Positions 1-8,771 of a DNA stretch of 64,000 nucleotides are shown piece by piece. The DNA is from Polyangiales bacterium (lineage in GTDB: Bacteria > Myxococcota_A > Polyangia > Polyangiales > Houyiibacteriaceae). The notes beneath the pieces are model-generated. The model made no database searches. It was not told the DNA's origin and was given only the letters and a program-made list of their open reading frames with translations. A program made the position numbers and the translations under genes. The first letter of the stretch is position 1; the number at the start of each line of letters is the position of its first letter. Where the stretch lies: NCBI GenBank assembly GCA_045106895.1, contig JBGCFM010000039.1:206817-270816 (forward strand). The letters run 5' to 3'.

Positions 1-453
1 GCACTCAAGTCGGGACGCGTAGAATGCGATGTGCCCCGCGAGGTCGGCGAAGTCGTCGAAGGGTGACTCGTAGGACCACGCGGCGCCGCCTTCACGTTTG
101 TCGCCTCCCACCACGTCGAAGTACGTCGCGGCGCCTTTCCATTCGCAGCGGGAGCCCAGGCGCGATAGACGCTCGAGGCAAAGCATGTCCACGTCGTCGC
201 GCGGCAGGTAGAAGGTCGGCGCGTGGGAGGTCTCAAGCAAACGCAGAGAGCTGCGGGTATCGGCGACGACATGGTCGTGGAGAAGGACACGAACGCGGCG
301 GGCATCTGGCACAAGCGCCGGCGGCCTCGGGTAGTCCCACACGGACTCTTGCGCCTCGCTCGGCTGCTCCGCGAAGTCGGGCCGCTTCGTCCCGCGGTTC
401 GTCCATGAACGGCGCGACGCGGCAGCCCAGGCCGGAATGTCCTTGTTCCCCAT
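1..453 (-). CDS. DUF427 domain protein (3' end runs off the window)
   Basis: Not in the ORF track because there is no stop in the window. Hand translation from ATG at 453 gives MGNKDIPAW...RPDFAEQP...QESVWDYPRPP...LETSHAPTFYLP...CEWKGAATYFD...AAWSYESP...IAFYASRLEC, with the DUF427 motifs ESVWDYPRPP and CEWKG. Confidence 0.85.
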   Translation of the reverse strand, partial: MGNKDIPAWAAASRRSWTNRGTKRPDFAEQPSEAQESVWDYPRPPALVPDARRVRVLLHDHVVADTRSSLRLLETSHAPTFYLPRDDVDMLCLERLSRLGSRCEWKGAATYFDVVGGDKREGGAAWSYESPFDDFADLAGHIAFYASRLEC

Positions 454-489
454 CACCGGGCTTTGGGGTCAACGTTCGACGGCGGCAAG

Positions 490-912
490 CTAGACCGCGC
501 CGAGAAGAATCAACAAACCCAAGAGCCCCTGTCCGTCGCGTTCAGAGGCCGATTCCTCACGCTCGATGAGCTTCGACGCGCCGACGGAGGCCGCCACCAC
601 CCCGGTGAGCACCGCCGTCGCGATGAGGGCACGGCGAACCCGAACTCGGCGGACTTGGCGGCGTCGCTGAACGAGCTCTGGGCTCGACAGACGTTCGCGC
701 AAGGGCGGGCGCTCGTGATCCACCGCGGCGGCGACGGTGGACGGGGAAAAACGCGACGCTTCCGCGCCGTCGGACGAGTTGGAGGGTGTTTCCACGGGCA
801 TTTCCGCGAGGATCGGAGCTTCCGCCGGAGCGTCCTGCGCGCTGAGAGTACGAGGCGCACAAACGAGCGCGACGGCAGCGAAGAAGATCAGAAGAGCAAG
901 TGAACGTTTCAT
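490..912 (-). CDS. Hypothetical exported/membrane protein
   Basis: Start moved to ATG 912 (MKRSLALLIFFAAVALVCA, signal-peptide-like). Two C-terminal hydrophobic segments. Divergent from the LysR gene. Confidence 0.6.
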   Translation of the reverse strand: MKRSLALLIFFAAVALVCAPRTLSAQDAPAEAPILAEMPVETPSNSSDGAEASRFSPSTVAAAVDHERPPLRERLSSPELVQRRRQVRRVRVRRALIATAVLTGVVAASVGASKLIEREESASERDGQGLLGLLILLGAV

Positions 913-1015
913 AGGTTTCCCTTTCGCCAAGCACGCTACGAGAAAACCACGAGCTTTCCAGTTACGCCTTTTGAGCACATCAATCACTGTCAGTTATCGT
1001 GCTACCCTCGACCTC

Positions 1016-1936
1016 ATGAGCATTCAGCTTCATCGTCTTGAGGGCTTCTACTGGGTCGCCCGCGAGGGGGGATACGCCGCCGCCGCGCGCGCTTTTCCGT
1101 ACCCCATCACGCAGCCCGGCGTTCACGCGCAGGTAAGGAAACTCGAAGCTGAGATTGGCGCGGCGCTTTTCGAACGCGTCGCTCACGACCGCGTCACTCC
1201 CACGAGCGCTGGGGAGGAGCTCTTCGGGTTTTGTGCGCCTTTCTTCGAAGGCCTCGATGCAGCGATCCATCGCGCCGTGCATGCGAAACAAGTCCTCCGT
1301 ATCGACGCCGGGCAGCTCGAACTTGCCCACCTCTTGCCGGACTGGATTCACAAACTGCGACGAAGCCACAGCGAAGTCGAAGTCCAGCTCTTCGAGCGTG
1401 AGTCCCCCAACTTCGAGCGGCTACGAACCGGGCAGGTCGACCTAGCCATCGACCACTTCGATGAGGTGCCGCCGGATCTCGACAGCCGAGTCGTCGCGCA
1501 TCACACGGTGTTTCTTTTAAGCCCGAGCGCGCCAAAGAACCCGACAAAACGCACCGCGAGCGCTGCCTCAAAACGCGCACGCAAAGCGTCCCCAGCGAAG
1601 GTGGCGGAGATGCTCGCGGCGAACCCCTTCGTGGGTTTCCCCAGCGGCTCACGCGAACGCAGCATTCAGCTCGGCCCGCTGCTGGCCCTCGGCATGAAGC
1701 CTGACATCCGTGCCTCCGCCAGCACCGTCATGGGTATCCTCTCCCTTGTGCGCGCAGGCCTCGGCGTGTCGCTGGTGCCCTGGCCCACCAAAGCCGGACC
1801 GCACCTTGAGGGCGTGACGACACACCGCGTCGACGCCGAAGGGGCGAGCTTTCCGATTCATGCGATCTGGTCCAAGCAGCGCACGGACCTCGAGGCCATT
1901 CACGCGGCTCTCGCCGCAGGGGGAGTCCGCCCATGA
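1016..1936 (+). CDS. LysR-family transcriptional regulator
   Basis: ATG 1016. N-terminal HTH (LEGFYWVAREGGYAAAARA...TQPGVHAQVRKLEAEIGAALFER) and C-terminal LVRAGLGVSLVP of the LysR effector domain. Confidence 0.9.
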   Translation: MSIQLHRLEGFYWVAREGGYAAAARAFPYPITQPGVHAQVRKLEAEIGAALFERVAHDRVTPTSAGEELFGFCAPFFEGLDAAIHRAVHAKQVLRIDAGQLELAHLLPDWIHKLRRSHSEVEVQLFERESPNFERLRTGQVDLAIDHFDEVPPDLDSRVVAHHTVFLLSPSAPKNPTKRTASAASKRARKASPAKVAEMLAANPFVGFPSGSRERSIQLGPLLALGMKPDIRASASTVMGILSLVRAGLGVSLVPWPTKAGPHLEGVTTHRVDAEGASFPIHAIWSKQRTDLEAIHAALAAGGVRP

Positions 1937-4900
1937 CCTCCGTTTGCGATGCCAACCCGATCCTGACGACACTCGACGGGCCCGACGCCATCCGGCAGCT
2001 CAGGGCGCTACGCGAATCGCTCCCTTACGCCACTGGGCTGCGTGAGCTCGCGGCGGCGATGCCGACATCCGTCGCGCAGCTCTCGAGCGAGCTGGCGTGG
2101 GAGCTGAGCCGCCTCGCGCGCGCTCTTTCACTCCACGCACCGAAGAGCCCCGACGACGTCAAAGACCTCCCGCCTCTCGTGCGCGCTCACTGGCGACAAA
2201 CCCAGCTCCTATGCGGGGACGACAGCTGGCTCCGCGTGGCAAGCGACCGAGAGCTCTCCGAAGCCGTCGCGAGCTCTACGCTTCGCGCCCGGAACGCCGC
2301 GCCGGTCTTCGACAGACTCGCGCGCGCCGACGACCGACGCCTCCGGCATGTCGTCTTTCGCGACATCGGCGCGTGCGTCGCCAACTTGAGCATCTCCCCG
2401 GCACAAACGCTGCCCATCCTTGCGCGACTCAGCGAAGACTCCGACGAGACCATTCGCCGCGAGAGCCTCCGCCTCCTCGCCGCGCCTTGGCTCTTTGCGC
2501 TGACGAACGCCGCGGGTCGTCGCCGTGTCCGTGCCCTCGAATCCGCCCTCGAGGCGTCCCTCGAAGACAAGGAAGATGGAGTCTCCCTAGCGGCTCTCGA
2601 CGCCCTCGCGGTGCTTGGTGAGCCACGGCTCATCCTGGCTTGTTTCGCCGACGAAGAGGCCTCCACCTCCGTGCGCAGGCGCGCCCTCGAACACCTCGCC
2701 TCCGTCGGCGAAGAAGCACACATCCCGGCGATGCTTCGGCTCGGTCTCGAAGACCCCCTGGCCTACGCTTCCGCCACCTGTGCGGCTTTGCTGGCGATGC
2801 ACCGGCGCGGAGTTTTCATCCGCGAGCCCCACCTCGTCCCGCTTCTTGCGCTCTACGACGCCCACGAAGCCTTCACCGGAGAGGAGCTGGTGCGCGTCAG
2901 CTACCTAGTCCGCGCCGAGCTGTTGGCGCTCTTGGCCGAGCTGCCGAGCGACGACACGCGTTGGGCCCAGCGCGCCGATATCCTCGCGCACTCCTTTGGC
3001 ACCGGCGCCCACCTGCACATCGCCGAGCTGTTGAAGAACGTCGCGCTGTCGGAGCGCGCTGTGCCGCGCGTCGTCGCCGCGCTCTTGCACGCCGCTGCAG
3101 CCTCCGCGGAGTTCAGCGAATGCGAGCTCGCGCTTCCCTTCTACGACGCGATGCCCGAGCGCGTGCTGACGCTCCTCCGTGCCAAAGGCGACCGCTCCCA
3201 TGCCCCCATGCTCCTCGCTGACGCTTGCCACCCCGGCTGCCCTGCGCTTCTGCGCCGCTCCCTCATCGATGTCCTCTGGACCCTCTCCGACGAGCGTGAC
3301 GCAACATTGCACGCCCTCGCAGCCGAACTCGGCCCCTATCAAAGCGGACTGCTGAAACGAGCCAAAGCTCATCAAGATCGTCGCGTCGCGAAACTCGTCG
3401 CCGAAGCTCCTTGGCCCGAGAGCTCCGAGCGCCACAGCGAGTCACTCGACGCCTCCGGCCGCCTGAAGATCTACGCCGAGAGCGGCGACTTGCGCCGGCG
3501 CGAAGAGCTCGTCGCTCAGTTCCGGCTGGCCTACCGCCAATGCCTGGCCAAGGCGCTCTCGGGAGATTTTTCCGCGAAACGCATCGAGCTCCCGCAGCTC
3601 GAACAACAGCTCTTCGTCTACGGACGTCACCTCGTAAGCGACGGCCGACGCGTTCGCCCTTGGCATCACGCATCCCCAGAGACAGGGCGCGATTTCGTCT
3701 TGCAGGTCCTGTGTGAATGGCTCCGTGAAACGCCCGACGACTCCGTCACCGTCGCGCTCCTCGAGAGCATCGGCAGACAAGCCCCAAGCGGCGCGGTGCT
3801 CCGCGAGATCGAAGTATTCTGGCGTCATCGAAACCCCGGAGTGCAGCGCGCGGCTCTTGAAGCCATCCTCGCGTCACCAAGCGATGAGCACGGCCTCGAG
3901 CTGTCCATCAGCCAGCTCAGCGCAAAGGCCACGGACACTCGGGTTCTCGTCCAGGCGCTCCGTGGCATGGCGGCGCTCGGCGCGAACTGGGCCGCGCCGC
4001 TGGCGGCCCGCTGCCTCGAACACCCGAACATGTCCGTCAAAAAGGAAGCCGCCGAGGCCCTCGCCGCCCTGGACGTTGGAGTGCACGCGGAATCCATCAG
4101 CCGGCAGCTGGTGGCCTGGCTCGGCCGACACGACAACTCCGGCTTTCGCAGCGTGCTCAAACGCGCGCTTCAACGCTGCGCCGGAGAGATGCAGGTCGCG
4201 TGGCTGGTCTTCGCCGCCGAAGAGAGCGACGACCCACGCACGCTCACGTTGCTGTGTGATGCGCTCAGCGGACTGCTGAGCAAGGAGACTCTTGTCCGCT
4301 TCGCCCGCGAAGAACGTCTGCCGGAACTCATCGACGCCTGCGTCCAAGGAGACACGCGGGTCGTGGACGCGAGCAAGTCCGAAGTCGCCGCGCTGCTTCA
4401 TCGTGCATTCCCCGACGCGGGCCACGTGGACCCAAACGAGAGCGCCGTCTACAGACTCGAAGTCCACGGGTTCTCCGACGCCGACGCGAGGGCAGCGCTC
4501 GAAGAGCGAGCCCGTGGCGACGAGGGAGCGGACGCGGCACTGCAGAAGCTCGCGGGCAACAACCTCGCCCAGTGGCTCCGGTGGCAAAACCAGCTCCAGA
4601 GTGACGTAAAGTCGGGACTCGCCGCCTCGCGCTGCGCCGCGCTCATCCTCGCTTCATCGAAGAGCGCGGAGGGTCCGCACCAATCTACGCTCTTCGATGT
4701 CGCGGAAAACCTCGGAGCGGCACTCAACGTGACGACAGGCGATGAAGCACGCCGATGGGGCGAGGCGCTCTTCACGTTCATCACGCGGTGCACGTCTATC
4801 AAGGAGGAGCGCACCCGCGTCCTACGTTTGCTTCGTCGCCTCGGCGAAGAAGCGCCCGTCTCCGGCGCACAACGTTTTCGGCTTCTTCCTGCGTTCGGCG

Positions 4901-6222
4901 GCGTTCGTACGCGCGCAGACCTTGAATGCTGCCTCCGTCAGAGCGCCCGCGGGCCGAGCTACGCAAGCGAGAGCCGGGCGATGCTCACCGAGGCCTTCGC
5001 CATCGCACCGAAGTCCCACGGAGAAACCGAGGAGGAGACGGCGCTGCGAGACGTCGCCGAAGGCTGGCCGAGTCTCGACACGGCACATCAACACAAGTGG
5101 CTCGACGAGACCTGTGCGCGGCGACCCATCGACGTACCTCCGCTTCCACAGCCCGAGCGCCCCCGGCGACCGCCCCGAGGCGCGAGCCTCGGCGAAGTGA
5201 ACGTCCTCGTCGACGCTCTCAACGGCGGCAGCACGCAAGAAGCGCAAGAAGCGGCGGTTCGCCTTCTGGCTTTGGACGAGGCCCACGCCGCCTGGTCCGC
5301 CGTTCTCCGTGCCTACCTCGAAGGGCGCGTCAACGTGCCGCATCCCAAACGACTCGCCCTCGCGCACCTGCTGCAAGGGTGGCCAAAGGAAAACGCCGCC
5401 CACCAACGCGCCGCGGCGCTGGTGGTAGGTCTCGCTCACCAATCTCTCCCAGAGTTCGCCGAGCTTCATCGCCGTCTCATCAAAGAGTGGTTGGCGCGCT
5501 GGCGCGAAGGCGACGAGCACGTTCTACCGCTGCTTCAGGACGCGGGACAGCGACTGCTTCCTTTCGTCGACGCCGCGTGCAACGCAGGCGACTTCAGTCT
5601 GGTGTTCCTCCTCCGCTTTCGACCGGAACGTTTTCTTCATCACGTGGGCGAGCACCCGGAAGTCGAGCGACTTCTCGCCGAAACACCCGCCGCTCAAGAA
5701 GAGCCCGACGATTCCCTCGAAGACCCTCTTGAGGGTATCGATTCCGCCGGCCTCCTCGCCCTCGCCCGGGCGAAGGACACGGCCAAAGGCCTCGCCGTTC
5801 GCGCCGTCCACGCCCTCGGACGAAGCCAATCACCCGCGGACATCGAGGCCCTCGAAGAGCTCACGAAGGCGCGCCGTCCAGGGGTGCGAAGCGCCGCGCT
5901 TCGTGTGTTTCATCGCATCGTCGACAAGGAGCGCGCCCTCGCCGTCTCCTTCGAGGTGCTTCAGATCGAGACGCGTCCAGACGTCGCCCTTTCCCTGATG
6001 CGCCGCCTCGCCCACGCGCGCTACGCGCCCGCGCTCCCCCTGCTCATCGAGCGGCTTTCGCACCACGACACGCACCTTCGCCAGCACGCGCATCGCGCGA
6101 TTCTCGCGTGGGGCGCGAGCGCGATCAAGACACTGCGCCGGGCCGCCAAGAAGGCGCGACCCGATCGGAGGCCCGCCATCCTCGCCTTGGCGGCGGAGCT
6201 GAACGCGGTCGAAGGCACGTAG
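1933..6222 (+). CDS. Large HEAT-repeat (alpha-solenoid) protein, 1429 aa
   Basis: Long Ala/Leu/Arg-rich ORF with HEAT-like units (IRRESLRLL, VRRRALEHLA, VQRAALEAI, VKKEAAEALAAL, VRSAALRVF). ATGA overlap with the LysR stop. Confidence 0.8.
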   Translation: MTSVCDANPILTTLDGPDAIRQLRALRESLPYATGLRELAAAMPTSVAQLSSELAWELSRLARALSLHAPKSPDDVKDLPPLVRAHWRQTQLLCGDDSWLRVASDRELSEAVASSTLRARNAAPVFDRLARADDRRLRHVVFRDIGACVANLSISPAQTLPILARLSEDSDETIRRESLRLLAAPWLFALTNAAGRRRVRALESALEASLEDKEDGVSLAALDALAVLGEPRLILACFADEEASTSVRRRALEHLASVGEEAHIPAMLRLGLEDPLAYASATCAALLAMHRRGVFIREPHLVPLLALYDAHEAFTGEELVRVSYLVRAELLALLAELPSDDTRWAQRADILAHSFGTGAHLHIAELLKNVALSERAVPRVVAALLHAAAASAEFSECELALPFYDAMPERVLTLLRAKGDRSHAPMLLADACHPGCPALLRRSLIDVLWTLSDERDATLHALAAELGPYQSGLLKRAKAHQDRRVAKLVAEAPWPESSERHSESLDASGRLKIYAESGDLRRREELVAQFRLAYRQCLAKALSGDFSAKRIELPQLEQQLFVYGRHLVSDGRRVRPWHHASPETGRDFVLQVLCEWLRETPDDSVTVALLESIGRQAPSGAVLREIEVFWRHRNPGVQRAALEAILASPSDEHGLELSISQLSAKATDTRVLVQALRGMAALGANWAAPLAARCLEHPNMSVKKEAAEALAALDVGVHAESISRQLVAWLGRHDNSGFRSVLKRALQRCAGEMQVAWLVFAAEESDDPRTLTLLCDALSGLLSKETLVRFAREERLPELIDACVQGDTRVVDASKSEVAALLHRAFPDAGHVDPNESAVYRLEVHGFSDADARAALEERARGDEGADAALQKLAGNNLAQWLRWQNQLQSDVKSGLAASRCAALILASSKSAEGPHQSTLFDVAENLGAALNVTTGDEARRWGEALFTFITRCTSIKEERTRVLRLLRRLGEEAPVSGAQRFRLLPAFGGVRTRADLECCLRQSARGPSYASESRAMLTEAFAIAPKSHGETEEETALRDVAEGWPSLDTAHQHKWLDETCARRPIDVPPLPQPERPRRPPRGASLGEVNVLVDALNGGSTQEAQEAAVRLLALDEAHAAWSAVLRAYLEGRVNVPHPKRLALAHLLQGWPKENAAHQRAAALVVGLAHQSLPEFAELHRRLIKEWLARWREGDEHVLPLLQDAGQRLLPFVDAACNAGDFSLVFLLRFRPERFLHHVGEHPEVERLLAETPAAQEEPDDSLEDPLEGIDSAGLLALARAKDTAKGLAVRAVHALGRSQSPADIEALEELTKARRPGVRSAALRVFHRIVDKERALAVSFEVLQIETRPDVALSLMRRLAHARYAPALPLLIERLSHHDTHLRQHAHRAILAWGASAIKTLRRAAKKARPDRRPAILALAAELNAVEGT

Positions 6223-6224
6223 AA

Positions 6225-6272
6225 AACGCCGTTCGGCGTTCCAAACAAAAAGTGAACCACGCTCACTTTTTT
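6225..6272. terminator. Two intergenic inverted repeats; possible terminator or regulator site
   Basis: AACGCC-GTTC-GGCGTT (6225-6240) followed by AAAAAGTGA-N7-TCACTTTTT (6247-6271), directly after the HEAT gene stop. Confidence 0.4.
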
Positions 6273-6307
6273 ATTGCACCTGTCCTTAGGCCCCCCCACT
6301 CTTTGGA

Positions 6308-7513
6308 ATGCGGCAGACACACTTTCTCTTCGGCGCCTGTATTCTGGCGTCTGGCTGTGCTCTCTCCCACCAACCAGTAAACGACAGCGGCGCTGCCGAC
6401 GCCGGCTTCGACGTGCCCGCATTCGACGCGGGCCCCTTCCGATGCGACGGCGTTCGCGTCGGCGCCGAGCACGATCTCATCAACGAATGGAACGCGACGG
6501 GTCCCAGCATCGTGGCCTTACCCCGTGGCGAGGTCGGCGTGTTCACGCTTAGCGCCCCTCTCAGCATCGCGCGCGCAAACTACCAACGGCTCAACGCGAA
6601 CTTGGAGCGCATCGGCGAGTCCATGGTCCTCCTCGACCCCTCCGGAGGCCACACGGTTCCGGCATTCGTCGGGGATACCATGTACGTCAGCCATCGGGAA
6701 CGTGGGTCGAGCGCCGGGGACGGCAGCTTGTTAACGCCCTTTACCAGCGAAGGCGCTGTTGCGGGGCCGGTCACGCAAGTGGCAGAAGACGAACCGCCCT
6801 TCCTGAGTCCTGCCGCCGGTGGGCTGTTCTGGTTCTCGCTACGCTTCTTTCCGGAGGAGACGATCCGCGCAGCACACATCAGCACGGATGGAGAGCTCCT
6901 CCATGACGTCGTCGAGATCCCCAGCGGCAATCTCATCCGCGGAACCCGTGCCGTGCCCGTCCATGGTGGCAGCGCGCATGTCCTCACATACTCTCGCAAT
7001 ACGGTGGACAGGTTCCCGCGGGTCAGCGTCGGTTTCGTCAATAGGATCCGAACGGACGGAACCTTCGGCCCGGAGCGACAGCTCGGCGAGGACGCCGTCA
7101 TCTCCGTGACGCCTGTGGTCATTCGAAACGAACTCGTCCTCGTGCGACACCAGAGCGATGCCCTCGTCATCGAGCGCGCGAACATCGACACGCTGGAGCG
7201 CATCGAAGAGTTTCGCTTCGACCCCATCACGGACCAACCGCTCGTCGCGCAGCTCGGGGGCCGACTGCTCGTGATTCACTTCCAAGCGGAGACCTCGCAA
7301 ATGCACGTCGATGACTTCGGGCGCGATTTTTCGGAGCCCACACGCCTGAGCATCGAGCTGGACGGCCCCGCCTATCAGAACGGGTCCGTCGTCGAGTCCC
7401 CCGCCACTCGATCCTCCAGCGCAGGGGTGGTCATCACCAACCTCCTGCAGCCAGGAACAAGCGTCTACCCCTGGCTCGTTCGGCTCGTCTGCGAAAACTC
7501 AGTCGACGGCTAA
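6308..7513 (+). CDS. Putative lipoprotein, beta-rich
   Basis: Signal peptide with lipobox-like LASG-C, a DAG/DSG linker typical of myxobacterial lipoproteins, and a beta-strand-rich body. Confidence 0.7.
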   Translation: MRQTHFLFGACILASGCALSHQPVNDSGAADAGFDVPAFDAGPFRCDGVRVGAEHDLINEWNATGPSIVALPRGEVGVFTLSAPLSIARANYQRLNANLERIGESMVLLDPSGGHTVPAFVGDTMYVSHRERGSSAGDGSLLTPFTSEGAVAGPVTQVAEDEPPFLSPAAGGLFWFSLRFFPEETIRAAHISTDGELLHDVVEIPSGNLIRGTRAVPVHGGSAHVLTYSRNTVDRFPRVSVGFVNRIRTDGTFGPERQLGEDAVISVTPVVIRNELVLVRHQSDALVIERANIDTLERIEEFRFDPITDQPLVAQLGGRLLVIHFQAETSQMHVDDFGRDFSEPTRLSIELDGPAYQNGSVVESPATRSSSAGVVITNLLQPGTSVYPWLVRLVCENSVDG

Positions 7514-7852
7514 GTCCGCGCCGCCGCGTTTTCGCCGAGCGCTAGCGTCGCGAGGCTAAGGTCGTGCACGCCACGTTCGTTCCTCCTCTGGTTCAGCAGC
7601 GTTCGACGTGGCGCCCGACGCCGGTCCCGTGGAATGCGAGGGCGTCTTCTCGAGTCGCCTTCGTCCTTATTTTCCCTCCAACCCCGCTTAGATGCGTGGA
7701 CACCTGGGGCGGACTTCTCACATTATCGCCACTAGTGAACGAGCCTCCCAAACCGCCCACGATCCCAGGGTCTCGCCTGGCGAAGCTTCTTCGTCCGCGG
7801 AAAGCAACACGGCATTGAAAGCCGCTTCTGGGCGCCCGCGGAAATCCGCGAC

Positions 7853-8695
7853 TTGATGCACGTCGTCGACGTGCGCTACGCGAGTGAAATCGTCCAAGAA
7901 GACGTCCCCTACCATCAGGGCAAACGCCAGGCGCGCTATCGCGTCTTCTATTGCGAAGGCGCCCGTCGCGACCCCATTCCGTGCGATGATGAGGGGCGAA
8001 CCATCAAGCTCGGCGACCATTTGCACAAAATCGTCAAGGGCTCAGCACTCCTCCCCGTTGCAGCCGACATTGCCGGCGAAGACCTCTTGGAGCTTCCCAA
8101 AGACGCCTACTACACCTACGAAGGTCCCAGCCAAGTCCCAGACCCTCGCGGGAAAGGAGCCGAAGAGCGCTTCGCACTTCGCGTTCGTGCTGGCAAAAAC
8201 AAGACCCTCCACCACCTCACCCGCGAAGCCTTCAGCGAGGCCTTCACTCTGGCAGCAAGCCACTACATCTCCTTCATCGAATCCAGACGCCCTACCGGCG
8301 CCCCAAAAGCCACCTGGTTTGACGAAGTCGAGCAGGAGTGGACCTTCGGCGAAGAGCACCCCCTCAAGGCAGGTCGCTTCCAGTTCTGGAACCGCGATGG
8401 AACGCCCAAAGCCGAGCGGCACTACAAGGCAGGCGTACTCCACGGACCCTTCAGCCAACACTATCCCGACGGCACCCTCGCCTGCGCGGGCGCGTACGCA
8501 CAGGGTGTTCTTCATGGCGCGGTCATCTACCAACGCAACCACGAGAAGTTCCCACGCGGCATCGAGAAGTTTCCGCGCGGCGTCCACGGCAACATATGGA
8601 GGGTGGAAGTCGACTACGATCGCGGAACTGAAATGAGCCGGCGTTTCTTCGGGGAGAGCGGTGCCGCAACGGACGAGCGAGGCGAGACGCTCTAA
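7853..8695 (+). CDS. MORN-variant (YwqK-like) repeat protein; true start uncertain
   Basis: GRFQFWNRDGTPKAERHYKAGVLHGPFSQHYPDGTLACAGAYAQGVLHG repeats. The frame stays open upstream to 7739 (see findings). Confidence 0.65.
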   Translation: MMHVVDVRYASEIVQEDVPYHQGKRQARYRVFYCEGARRDPIPCDDEGRTIKLGDHLHKIVKGSALLPVAADIAGEDLLELPKDAYYTYEGPSQVPDPRGKGAEERFALRVRAGKNKTLHHLTREAFSEAFTLAASHYISFIESRRPTGAPKATWFDEVEQEWTFGEEHPLKAGRFQFWNRDGTPKAERHYKAGVLHGPFSQHYPDGTLACAGAYAQGVLHGAVIYQRNHEKFPRGIEKFPRGVHGNIWRVEVDYDRGTEMSRRFFGESGAATDERGETL

Positions 8696-8771
8696 TTTCC
8701 CGTGTGAGCATGGGACGAGCGTCGTCTTCGGCGATGACTCTCGCGGCCAAGGCAGTTGAGCGCGGCTGGCG

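Noticed and set aside
913..1015. LysR T-N11-A box in the divergent promoter region
   Set aside because: No convincing dyad could be picked out by eye.
7514..7734. Several hairpins in the intergenic region (e.g. CGCCACGT/ACGTGGCG)
   Set aside because: Stems of 8 bp or less are expected by chance at this GC content, and I recognise no RNA family.
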